Of a DNA stretch of 64,000 nt, positions 28,519-41,130 are shown one piece after another. The position numbers and the translations under genes are program-made. The stretch's first letter is position 1. The number at the start of each line of letters is the position of its first letter. The stretch spans positions 99,634,001-99,698,000 of the forward strand of contig NC_042998.1 in the NCBI RefSeq assembly GCF_006345805.1, read 5' to 3'. Source of the DNA: Octopus sinensis. Taxonomy: Eukaryota. Below the pieces are notes generated by a model. That model searched no databases, was not told where the DNA came from, and saw nothing but the letters and a program-made list of their open reading frames with translations.

Positions 28519-28545
28519 GTTGTTGTTGTTGTTGTTGTTGTTATT

Positions 28546-28787
28546 GAGTGAAAAAGCAGTGCATGTCAACAAAGTGACACTGGGGTAAAATATACGAAGC
28601 CAAGTATATCCATCATGACTACCCGTCTGATAAGGGTACACCAGGCACATGCATTACAACCATATGTGTTGCAGCATGGTGATCTCATGTCAAGATAAAC
28701 AGTGCATGACCTTGCAGATTACTATAATTGTTAGAGAGTTAGAATTTTCTTCATGTCGAGTAGCTCATTTCCCTCAAAAGGTTGTTT
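28546..28787 (-). mobile_element. Repeat D copy 3 (shorter); 3' end abuts (AAC)n(AAT)n
   Basis: Homologous to 3511-3740 with the same terminus. Confidence 0.85.
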
Positions 28788-28798
28788 ATTATTATTAT

Positions 28799-30870
28799 TC
28801 CCTCGTAATACAGTGTAGGTAAAGATGCATCGGAGCCTTTAGTCATCTGTCAAGTCACAACAAGGACCTCAGATAGATAATACTTTCCTGAAGATGTGCG
28901 CTGTGCCCAATAAGGCTGCTTTTTGCAAGACATCAATCTTGCATGGGGTTTCCAATTGCCTTAAGAAGTTTTGAAGTTTCAATGGAATTGAGCCCAATGC
29001 TCCGATCACCACTGGTATCGCTTTTACATTACCCTCTTGCATTCCATACAGTTTTGCCATTTCCACTTTCAATTCGGAGTACTTGCTGATTTTTTTCAAA
29101 CACTTTACTCACTACATTCATGTCATTTGGTATGGCTACAACAATGATCTGACAGCATTTATCTCTCTTATTCAATATGACAATATCCGGCCGACGGTGT
29201 TCGATTACACGATCCGTCTGAAAACCCCACAGTCCCTGAGTATCGTTACTTTTCCATCTTCATGCATAACTTTACTTGGTACATGCTCATATCAGTTCTC
29301 TGTTACTTCATATTGGTATTTACGGCATAAGAGCCAATGAAGATACACACTTTATCGTGACGGCGCTTGTATTTTTTGTGCAAGGCTTTCACATCCAATT
29401 ACCAAGTGGGTCACATTTTCCACACTCTTTCCACAGAGTCTGCATTTCTGGGTGTCAGAAGTTTTATAGATGTTATACTTCACTGAATTGGTAAGCGAGA
29501 GCCTGGTCTTGTGCAGCAATGATCAGGCTTTCGGCGGTATGCTTCAAATCACCTCGCTCAAGCCATGTCCACGATGCTGTTTTATCCTTAACGTCTTTTG
29601 TATTTCATTCAAATTGTCCATGCATTCTCATTTCAAGAAAGTCTTCTTTTCTCTTCTCCTCAGCTCTTTGGTTAAACTCTGCCTTGCCCATCATTACATC
29701 TGCATTTATACCCATATCTTTCGGGGCATATTGCAGCAGGTCCTCATCACTATTTATCAAATACTCGGCAAGCGTTCTCCTTTCACTCCTTATACAATGG
29801 TCTAAGCTAATTAGTCATCTGCCACCATACTTTCTTTTCATATACAGTATGTTTACGTTTGTGGAGACACATGGCCCACTGGTTAGAGCAGCGGACTCGC
29901 GGTCGAGGGTTCGCGGGTCCGAATCTCAGACCGGGCGATGTGCGTGTTTATGAGCGAAACACCTAAGCTCCACGCGGCTTCGACAGAAGATAATGGCGAA
30001 CTTCTGTTGACTCTTTCGTCACAACATTCTCTCATCTTGCATCTTGCAGCTTTTCCTCCTGCATCTTGCAGCTCACCTGCGACGGACGGCGTCCCGTCCA
30101 GGTGGGGAACCTATACGCCAAGGAAACCGGCCCTTATGAGCCAGGTATGGCTCGAGAAGGAACAAACAATGTTTACATTTGCTTTAGGGTGTAGCGCCCC
30201 TTGCAGCGTAATCAACTTTCTCGTCCTTCTATCTAGTGTTGATATTTCCTCCTTAGTCCATTTGAGGATTGATGTACTATATCTGACCACCGCAAATGCC
30301 CAGATATTCATTGCGGTAATCAAATTTTTAGCATTCCGGTTGGATTTCAACACCATCTTCACTCTTTTTTGATACGCCTCGCTGACCTTGACTTTCCTTT
30401 CTCTGTGTAGAATGTCATCCAGCTCCAAAATCCCTAAATATCTATACCCACTACCGTCGGGTTCAGTCCTGATGGTAACCGCAATCCTCTACAGGATGCT
30501 TTCTTCCCGCTTTCATATTAAGTACTGAGCATTTGGTAATCCCAAAGATTATGTCTTTACTGCACATATTCCAGTGAGTATTTTCCAGATTATTTTTAGG
30601 CATGCTATGGGACAGTAGTTTCCTACAATATTCCCCTTTCTTCTATCTTTCATTACATGTGTTGTCCTTCCAGTCACCATCCACACCGGGACTGTACCTT
30701 TCTGGACACACTCATTCAATTGGACTGCTAGTCTTTTATGCACCGCATGGCATCTCTTCAGTCAGAAGCCATGAATCCTATCTGGTCCGGGAGCTTTCCA
30801 GTTAGGCATTTTATCCACTTGTTCTTTCATATCACCCTTGCTTATGACAATATTCCTTTGTTTCTTTCCT
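28799..30870 (-). mobile_element. Older R4/Dong-type LINE copy 4 (different family), interrupted by SINE-B
   Basis: KKISKYSELKVEM...IPVVIGALGS...AALLGTAHIFRKVLSI* REL C-terminus; RPDIVIL; CRLCGKSVENVTHLV zinc motif; RT thumb GALHPKANV; 3'UTR ends against (TAA)n at ~28787-28798. A further rearranged piece lies at ~30960-31100. Confidence 0.85.
29862..30168 (+). mobile_element. SINE-B copy with 13-bp TSD, nested in LINE copy 4
   Basis: atgtttacgtttg (29849-29861) and atgtttacatttg (30169-30181), one mismatch; LINE reading frame resumes across the insertion (HPKANV | NILYMKRKYGGR). Confidence 0.92.
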
Positions 30871-31103
30871 CCTTGTTATTCTGTTTTGATACTTCCTATA
30901 TATATATATATAGCGTGCTTGTATTGTGTCGCCTCCATAACCACAGTGATTATCATTACCATCTACTTTCTACCTATCTATAAAATTATCAATAATAATA
31001 TGGGTCCCGTTATGTTGCAGCAGATCTTTTTCACTATCAAATACTCGGCAAGCATTCTCCTTTTATTCCTTATACGTAGTGGTGGCAGCAACTGCAGATA
31101 GTA

Positions 31104-32165
31104 GTGCTGTGTGGAAGGCAAACCCGTTGCTATAACTGTAGCAACACTAATCCCGTCAAAGCTTTCTGTCCCCAACAACAACACAAGATAACTGAAAGGT
31201 CTCTACTACTTCTAACACCACCAAAACCAGCAGCAACCACAGCAACTACCAACGACAACATACGACACAGCAAGAGTGACGGTGGAACAGCTACAAGACT
31301 GGAAACAGTACCTACAGTAACAACAGGACCAAGAGTGGTAGCAACAGTAGCAAGAACAGCAAAAGAAACATCGCTCTCAAGAGCCACCTGATGTGGAGCT
31401 AGCTGATTGGAAATGGATGGGCAAAAATATCACAAACTTGCTCAGATGTTTCCAACTGACTGACAGGTACCATTTGAATTTTCCGAATGTGCCAATGTAG
31501 ACATGGACAAACTGCGTCATGTCATCCAGATCGTATCTAGATAGAGCACTCTGTAGGCCAGTAGAAAAGGATTGTATAGGTTGTCCACATTTTAAAATCG
31601 TTGGTTACACAGACCACAAAATTGTAATCCGAACGGTCAATATAGATAGGTTTCGTAAGCAGGAACCCGGCTACTGGAAACTGAACATGTCGCTTCCAGC
31701 GCACTAAGCTTACAGAGACCGGATTAGGGAAACAGTTAAGCGAGTGTTGATGTGGGTAATCCTTAACAACAAATGGAGGTTCGTCCTTAAAAGGCGATGT
31801 TAGTAGAATCGATAAAATTTAATGTGTTCGTAGCGATAGCGATAACAGGAATAGAGGGAAACTTAGAAACACCAGTTAAGAAAGGCATCTGCAACCGACA
31901 TGCTTCCGGTTAGACTGGCTTTTGATCAATTCTTTGACACGAAGTACGATGGTTGAATTGTCAGAGCTAAGGACCACGCTGGAAGACACGAAAAGACGAA
32001 AGCCGTTCAATAGGCCTGACGCGGAAACAAAGCCACAGTTCAGTCTTTGGCAGACAAGAATAAGCGCATATTATTCGACTCTAAGCAGATGAGTACGGCT
32101 TTTCAGCGACTGTTTGGTACGAATGGCGGGTCAGAATACAGGATGGATATTAATGCCTACCTTGA
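31104..32165 (+). mobile_element. Diverged, internally deleted Tx1-type LINE (ORF1 knuckle region joined to APE C-terminus and linker)
   Basis: GRQTRCYNCSNTNPVKAFCP resembles GRRPRCYLCGSETHLKKTCP (~42245-42304); SSRSYLDR...CPHFKIVGYTDHKIV...PGYWKLN matches 43775-43940. Confidence 0.85.
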
Positions 32166-32171
32166 AGGCCT

Positions 32172-32785
32172 GTATTCAACTGGTACACATTTTATTGAAG
32201 CCGGAAAGCCGAAAGGCAGAGTCAACCTCGACGGATTTGAACTGAGAACGTAAAGACGGACGAAATACCGCTAAGCATTTTGCCCCGTGTGCTAACGATT
32301 CTGCCATCACGCCGCCTAAATTCAGAATGTATTATTGGTTTCAAATTATAGCACAAGGCCAGCAAGTTCGGGGGTAAAGGCATGCCGATTACGTCGGTCC
32401 AGTATTCAACTGGTACTTATCTTATCGACCCCAAAAGGATGAAAGGCAAAGTCGATCTCTGTGGATTTGAACGAAATGCCGCTAAGCATTTTTCCCGGCG
32501 TGCGAACGATTCAACTTCCTCACCGCTTTCTCTCAGAATGAAATATTAAGTTCAGACGAACACGGTGAGCTGCCAGAATCGTTAGCACTCTGGGATAAAA
32601 CGCTTAGCAGCATTTCGTCCCTCTGCATGCTCTGAGTTCAAATTCCGCTGAGGTCGACTTCGCCTTTCATCCTTTCGGGGTCGATAAAATAAACACCAGT
32701 TCAGTACTGGGGTCGATGTAATCGGCTTACTCCTTCCTCGAAATAGCTGCATTGTGTCAAAATTTGAAACCAAATTTAAGTTCAA
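32172..32785. mobile_element. Three SINE-A copies: 32172-32317 (-), 32329-32530 (-), 32561-32785 (+)
   Basis: Family core gaaaggcaaagtcgat / gtcgacttcgcctttcatcctttcggggtcg in both orientations; outer ends ggtttcaaatt and aatttgaaacc are inverted. Confidence 0.88.
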
Positions 32786-33559
32786 AGGTGCTTATTTTGG
32801 TTCCTAGTTACCAAAATTGCCATATATTTTCAATTTTTGGTTAAACACAATTAACTTTACTAAAGCAGTAATGCTCTTTGGATATTACTTCGTCTCCTAT
32901 TTTCCTTGCCAAAAACAAAATATCAATATTGAATGCAAGTAATAGTTTTAGAATAAAACGTAATCTCTCTTTGAAGTAGTTTTAATTCCTCGTTCTAAGC
33001 ACCTCGGAGTTTGAGGCATTAACATCACAATACTGTTTCCTTCTTTGTTTTACAAACTCAGGGCTTAGTGATTAGTTCAAAAGAAATCAGTATCAAGTTC
33101 ATCAAGTGCAGTTTGGAATCAGCTAGACAATAAAGACTGCAATAGTTATAACGCTCAAAATACATTGTTCCTATCATATAAAATAATTTATCGGCTTCCT
33201 TATGCCAACTAAACTACGAGGGAATAAAAACCCAACTTTTTATGTAATTTTGATTCTTGTTGTAAGCGGTAACATCACATCTCGATTCTGTAAACTTCCT
33301 TTACACACTGCTTAGTGTAATCAATAATTTTTTCTGTAATCATGCTTTTTATGCCTACACCACTACTACATCTCACTCTCTCCCTTTTTCTCGTTTCTGT
33401 CTTCCTCTACATTTCTTGTTATAAATTCTTATTTAATCACCTTCCCGCCACTTACTTCGTAACAACGGATTTTGTTTATTTTAGTCATCGATGTTTTATT
33501 TTGTTCCACAATCATCCTTTTCTTTCATAAGATTTTTACTCCTCTTTTCCCTCTCTCAT

Positions 33560-33850
<291 letters not shown>

Positions 33851-35649
33851 TCGTTCTTTTTTAACATCTTTAAAACATTCTTTTGTTTATTTATAACTTG
33901 TTTCGAGTTTGATTCCATTCCTTATTCTGGGAGCTGTATTAAAAAATATTTCACAATTCTGTCGAGTTACTGCTGTTGCGCACACATGCGCATGCATACA
34001 CAGACATACACGCACACATACATATACGCATACATCGACACTCTCCTGTCTTTCTCTCTCGTTCCTTTTATTTTCTCTCTCACCACTTGCAACTCTCTTT
34101 TCTCTTTCGCCCTCCCAACATTCCCCTTTACTCAAAGGAATATCTTCTTCTCAAAATTCAAATTTGAATAAAAATTACTTTGAAATGAAAATCTCAGATA
34201 CTTCATTAATACGAAGCAGATTTTCCACACAAGAATATTGTCAGTAACCATCGGATCATTTGTACCTGTTAAGAAAATGCATTACGTAAATTTCTATCTA
34301 AGAACGATAGGTGAGGAAAGACAATAATTGCTTATAATGAATTACAGAGTTACAATTTAGTTTAACATAGTTGAAGCGTATAAAAGATAATTTAACAAAA
34401 TTACAGAACGCAGAATCTGCTTTTATACAGCTTGAAATAAATATTGAGAAACAAAAAAAAAAAAAAAAAAGAAATGTGTTTCAATTCAGCATGCTTTAAA
34501 AAAGTCTGATGGTAATAGTGATGATGATACTGATAGTCGTATATCTAGAACATGTCAGCCTGACATATTCCATCTCTTTCCAGTAATAAAATAAACTAAG
34601 GGAATAGGAATACTCATAAATTACACAGTCTTCCCGCTGACCACAGCGATAAACCTCAGTATTCAGAGTTTCTATTTATAGTTTGGTAGACAAAGTCACT
34701 TGAGAATTAGGAGTCTTGACCATGGACATAGCTTAGCACACGTGACGGGATATTAGCTAGCGAATTCTTGAACAACGGCCTGGCACCATATTCAAGTGTA
34801 AAACTCTAAGCATATTCTAGATTCTGAGATTTCAGAATGTCTCAATCAACGTATTAATAAGAATTTCGGTCTCAGATGAAGGAAATGCAAAGTTAACTAA
34901 GATGAAATTTGAACTCAAAAAGTAAAGAGATGATAAAAATATCTCAAGGCATTATATATTATATATGTTTTAGCTACAGAAATGATACCCACTCTGTTGA
35001 AAATAAAAAAATTGAATTTATAGAAAAATAATTGTATTTTCTCTTAAATAAGCAAACTAACGGTTTTCGTGTATTTATGTGAACCTACGACAGGATTTGA
35101 AACTTAAAGCTATATCCCAGCGTTATTTTGTTGACAGCTGAAGATATATTCGTAAGATACAATAAACGTTGTAGCTATCGTTATTGTCGCTGTTTTGCTC
35201 CAGCCGGCCTTAGTTGAACAGACTTACGATCAGAGTCGTTCCAGCTATGACCATCTTGCCCTCCCACAAGATGTATATGCGTCGTGGTCTATATCATCTA
35301 ATGTACCTTCATTCTATAAGATGGTATAGTATAGTTTGATGAACATTTGGATACTATTTCTAGTCGGTCGAACAACCACTTAATATTCTAAAGCAAATTT
35401 CATATTTACAGTTATTGAATCTATTAGATAATTATTTAATCTACAATGTACAACACAAAGATCGGACAAAATAATGGAATTACCAATTTTTAGTTAATTA
35501 TTTATTCTATTGGAAATATGACAAATTCAGAACTGTTCTAGTCCGCATACATATGTTTATATGTATTAGATATGCCTTATACTTCATCATACAACCCTTT
35601 GTTTTTCCGGGGTTTTTTTGGCAGATACTTATTTTTAAGTGAATTAACA

Positions 35650-35925
35650 TACGTGACCTATTGATTTTCAAAGAGGACAAATTGCTGGAGCGTGAATGAT
35701 TGGAGCTTTAGTCTCAGAACTACTGGATTATTTAATATTTCGAGAGGTACAGTTTCTAAAACCATGTTAGCATTCCAAAACCAAGGAAAAGCAGTTCTGG
35801 TAAGCATGATTCAGGACGGAAGGCAAAGCTCACTGAGAAGGGATGCGGAATAACGAAATGTATCGTGTACAAAAACCATCGAACTATGTCAGGAAAAGTG
35901 ACAGCAGAATTAAGCCACCACCTGG
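35650..35925 (+). mobile_element. Tc1 transposase N-terminal (paired-like HTH) relic
   Basis: DFQRGQIAGA, SRGTVSKTM, HDSGRKAKLTEK, IVYKNHRTMSGKVTAELSHHL correspond to the Tc1 pattern DFERGQIVGAR...SRATVSKVM...NSGRKSTLTER...IVSKNHRTTAAQVTAELN. Confidence 0.72.
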
Positions 35926-36500
35926 CTTTTCAATTCTGAATTTCTTCAAGCAAAACCTGCTTTCTATTTCTGTTACACGATAGGTCTGTAGCACCGTCGA
36001 AGTGATACGAACTATTGATTTTTTGAACAACTTGGTAGAAGGAGCAAGGGCATCATGCACGCACAGGTGTATGCATACACACAACATACACACTCATGAG
36101 AGCTTAGTTTTTATTTTATAAAGAATATTCATTCCATGCAAAAGAGTAATTACTCAATATCTTCAACCTTGGAAAAAAGAAAAAAAAAAAAAACCTGCCA
36201 AAACTCGGTTAACGCCAAGCTATCAATATAGCACTTAAACAGAAAATTGAGTTTGTCGGGAATTTTTTTTTTAACTTCAAGTTCGAAGAGAAAAACTAAT
36301 TAAGAATGTTCTAAGTGTTTCTAAGTGTTTCATGTTATGAAATATTTACATATCAGGTCATTTCATTAATAACAGGAACGGAAGCTTTTTATCATTCTTA
36401 CCTAATACGTATCTGCTGTTAACAACATCACCATTAATTTCCAAACTTTTCGCAATTAAACTTTACTCTTCGTTAGATACTCCAAACAGACTTGCTCTGA

Positions 36501-36557
36501 TTAGAGAAGCACATATATCGAAAATATTTTCCACTGGAAGTATGACAGTCTACTCTC
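36501..36557 (-). CDS. Speculative terminal exon of a possible small secreted protein
   Basis: Strong acceptor tgtgccttgtttctgttgcag; phase-0 frame ESRLSYFQWKIFSIYVLL*. No homology recognised. Confidence 0.12.
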   Translation of the reverse strand, partial: ESRLSYFQWKIFSIYVLL

Positions 36558-37672
36558 CTGCAACAGAAACAAGGCACAGTCACAAACGATATACATGCAA
36601 CATGCCTAGCAACATAACATTCTCCCTCATAATGAGCATCACAAAGCTGAAACCACCAAAGTCGCCCCAAATGCGAAGCCTTTGCTAATCCATCGAGAGA
36701 GTAAATTGTCGCTCAACCTGTCAGAAACAGTTGTCAAATGTCCCTAGAAAAACACACACTGTCGTCTTAAATAAGGCGAAAAAACTTTAGATAACTTTTT
36801 CCAGTCTACACGCTTCTGCAAATGGGATGGCCACGGTTAGATTGCTTATGATCATAGATCTGCTTGATCAGAGTTTATTAGGGGTCTAAACAACAACAGC
36901 AGCTACAATGACACATCAATAAAGTATATCGAACCGTCACTTGTGAGAGAATATGACTTAGTTACATGTACCATGTTTTTGTTTAAGGTATCTATGTAGT
37001 CATGTGCAGACGTATTCGCCTTCTCAGCACCCTCATTCCTATCCCAGATGAACATCGAGGGTATGAAAGCTAGAAGGTGAGGGGTTGCACCATCACTCGG
37101 CAACACCTATTACAGCAGAGCAGACTGAATCATAAACTGAAGTGATTTGCTCAAGGACACAAGGCAGTGCTCCGTTCATGAATTGAACTCACGACCTTAT
37201 AATCAAGAGCCTTCACATCACATATATAACATTGCTAAAACCGTATCCAGAAAGCTTGGCTTTCCCCTCATGTTCATTAAATATTTCAATTCTAACCTTC
37301 CACAAAGTGCCAGTGTTCACTCTGCCGTACTACTTCTCTCTTAAGTGGGAGATAGCAGCTGCTATATACGAATATCTCCCCACCATCATCATCATCACCA
37401 CCTCCCCCAACTATCGCTTCCCACCGCCAAAACACAAAACAAAATATTAAAAAAAAATCGTCCAACTGATGAACAAACATTCACTCACGAACACACAAAG
37501 GCCACACAACCACTGACGCAGTATATCAATCCCCTAACTCTTCTGCTTCACTCTTATTACATTCAGTTTCTTTGTTAACCATGAGGTTGAGAAAAATTCA
37601 GTTCCTGTTTGACATGTCCATATAGTCGCGAGCAGACAAAGCAGACTCGCTTGTCTCTCCACCCCGTCTCAC

Positions 37673-37746
37673 GTATGTCCTTGTGGAACACTCAAGATGT
37701 GACAACTGAAGAGTAACATGCTGCACCGGCATTCGTCTGGTACACG
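37673..37746 (-). CDS. Speculative 74-nt internal exon
   Basis: ctactcaactacag acceptor and GTGAGA donor in a locally CpG-rich unique island; open in the phase that follows the 56390 donor (TCTRRMPVQHVTLQLSHLECSTRTY). Confidence 0.18.
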
Positions 37747-37794
37747 CTGTAGTTGAGTAGACTAAAGTGCAAGCATCGACCGTTGCCGTTGCTA

Positions 37795-37850
37795 TTGTCG
37801 CTACTACTACTACTACTACCACCACCACCACCACCACCACCACCACCACC

Positions 37851-37881
<31 letters not shown>

Positions 37882-37895
37882 TCGCTACTGATGCT
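37795..37895. repeat. (CTA)n/(CAC)n microsatellite
   Basis: Direct reading. Confidence 0.95.
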
Positions 37896-38339
37896 GCTGT
37901 TTAAGAAATTTTCGTTGCAACTACGCGGTGTTGGGTTCGATGTCACTGCGCGGTGTCATGAATAAATGTCACCTGGTACATACTCAGGTCGAATATAACC
38001 TTCTACGTGAAATTTGGCTGATGAAAACTAAGGAATTCTGTCAGAGGGGCCATTCCAGTTCATGGATGTTAGTTAGACTCAATCCATCGTTCGTTTTAAC
38101 ACCCCCGTCTGACTCTTGGTTGCCTTTAGCAGAGTCCAAACTGTTGCAAGCATTTAGGCAAGATATCTAGTCTCAGAATAACTTCTTATTTTTTTCTCTT
38201 CACCTGCCTTAGGGACCTGGAAAGAGGATACTGTCCTGTACTTCCTCATTTGAATAAGCCATTAATTAAATCTGTTTCTTCCAGTTAGTTCTCTATCATG
38301 ACGTTACTTGTAAAGGCTACCACAAATTAAAGAACTACA

Positions 38340-38580
38340 TTCAAAGCTTAACCAGTTCCCTCGTTATTCCTCCCACTCTGGTCATCCTTACTGAGTCTCT
38401 ATAAATCCAACACTCAATTCTCTACTTAGTTCCCCTCTTCCATATAAGAAATGTATCAAACCAGAATTTCTATCTTAACCATGTATGTTTTCCATGGAAC
38501 AAACTTCTGCAATCCAAGCTAATTACCAACTGCATCGACCTCACTTGTCTCAATAGGCTTACGATGGTAATAAGCACTTC
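38340..38580 (+). mobile_element. Possible CR1-like LINE 3' fragment
   Basis: Traces such as HSGHPY and NQNFYLNHVCFPWNKL resemble CR1-type ORF2 ends; heavily decayed. Confidence 0.35.
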
Positions 38581-38772
38581 ACGCTCTCGCTCCTGCTGTT
38601 GCTGTTGTTGCTGCTGCTACTACTAAAAGAGAAAAACCTTAATTTATCTCTTCCTCTACTCTTTCTTGAGCTTTCTCTCTGCCATTTTCTTATTGTTTCC
38701 ACACACACACACACACTCAAGACTCACAAAACACAAGCTCACGCACTCACTCGTGCACACACACACAGATGC

Positions 38773-38803
<31 letters not shown>

Positions 38804-39542
38804 TGTATGTATGTATGTATGTGTGTGTGTGTGTACAAACATGCATTCTCAGAGGTACCCGAAAAAAAAATATTTTTCTTGATAAAGGTAGCAAATAATG
38901 AACAATAATTTTAAAACTATTAAACTGATTCTCTTCGAGGTAATATCGTATACATCCATGACAGGAAGGGGGTCGCATTCACAAGAATAAAACCATTATT
39001 TAAACATCAAAACATTTTCTTTACAATTCATAAAATAAATGAGTTAGTTCTACTTTCGGGTTTTCGTTACAAAATTTCAAACACAATTATGCTATTACAT
39101 AAAGAAAACAATAACAGGTCACACACATAAGAAACTCTTATGATGATATCAAACTTCAAGCCAAATATTTTTTGATTCTATTTGCTCAATGCACTGTTGG
39201 AGTTAACGTTTCAACAAAGTGTCCTTTTGTTCTCTGTAGACGTTAATTTCCTTCTACCAAACTTACACAATTATGGATATTTGTGCAATTTTAACCCTAT
39301 CAGTTATCTACTCATACAATACCCTATTTTACATTAAGTCGAATATTACTGCCATCGAGAATTAAATAAGGAATAATGTGAAACTAGCTCCTTGGGGAGG
39401 AAAGCTCTCCTACAGTTTTAGCAGAATGGTTTCAAAATGCTGCCATAAACGAAGTCAGGATCGAAGCCCCGAGCACATAGCAGCAATTACAGCAAACACA
39501 ATCTAAACTTTAGATCGGCATTTCCACCATTCGAGGTATTTT

Positions 39543-39575
<33 letters not shown>

Positions 39576-39873
39576 CGTGTGTATGTATGTATCTATGTTG
39601 ATACACAATGTTATGAAATCTTATCAAGTATCATAAATCCAATATTCGTTCATCTGACATTACTACGTTTATTGTTAGAGTTTGTAATTGAAACCGCTGT
39701 AGTTGTCATGTCCTGCTCATTAGAATAGGGAAACGTGTTTAGTGTTTAGTTGCATTGAAATTACATGAGAATGCAAATACTAAACATGCACATGCACGCG
39801 CGCGCACACACGACACACACACGCGCACGTATTACATATGCGTGCATCTCTCTCTCTCTCGACAACTATCTAG

Positions 39874-39916
<43 letters not shown>

Positions 39917-39984
39917 TACATAGATGTATGCGAGCGTACATATAACCTATATACATATATATATACATACATACATACACACAT

Positions 39985-40029
<45 letters not shown>

Positions 40030-40048
40030 GTATGAATGTATGCATGTA

Positions 40049-40083
<35 letters not shown>

Positions 40084-40224
40084 ATAACATTTTGAGTTAG
40101 AAGCAGGTCTAATAATGTAAACATTATTGATGTCGCATACTTAATGCATGTCTCTTGTTTAAACGCATACAGGCTGCAGGAAAAGTCCAGAGGAAAGATC
40201 CTTTAAAATGTAAAGTATATGACA

Positions 40225-40916
<692 letters not shown>

Positions 40917-41130
40917 CACAATGGACGGACGTTAGTCATATCGGCTCCACGTAAGTTGGCCACTTTTACATGTTTAAAACTCCTTGTTGTCAAATATTTT
41001 GTTTTAATCGTTGTGCAAGTTCATTCACTAAAAAACCTGAGAATTATTCACGTAGAATTCCGCCCCTGTATGGGCGAAATTACCCAAAACTTTCAAAACT
41101 TTCGTTGGCTCCTTTTAGCCATTTTTCATT

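Noticed and set aside
33060-33175. Minus-strand peptide MNLILISFE resembling a GPCR TM3 end
   Set aside because: Followed by LITKP* rather than an ERY-type motif; no other transmembrane segments nearby.
34180-34275. Acceptor followed by MIRWLLTIFLCG, signal-peptide-like
   Set aside because: Stop after 17 codons, only a weak donor, no downstream partner exon found.
37673-37746. Alternative frame RVPDECRCSMLLFSCH read as an LRR N-terminal cap, or the other frame as bursicon-like
   Set aside because: No LRR exons or further cystine-knot cysteines found; resemblance is superficial, so no family is assigned.
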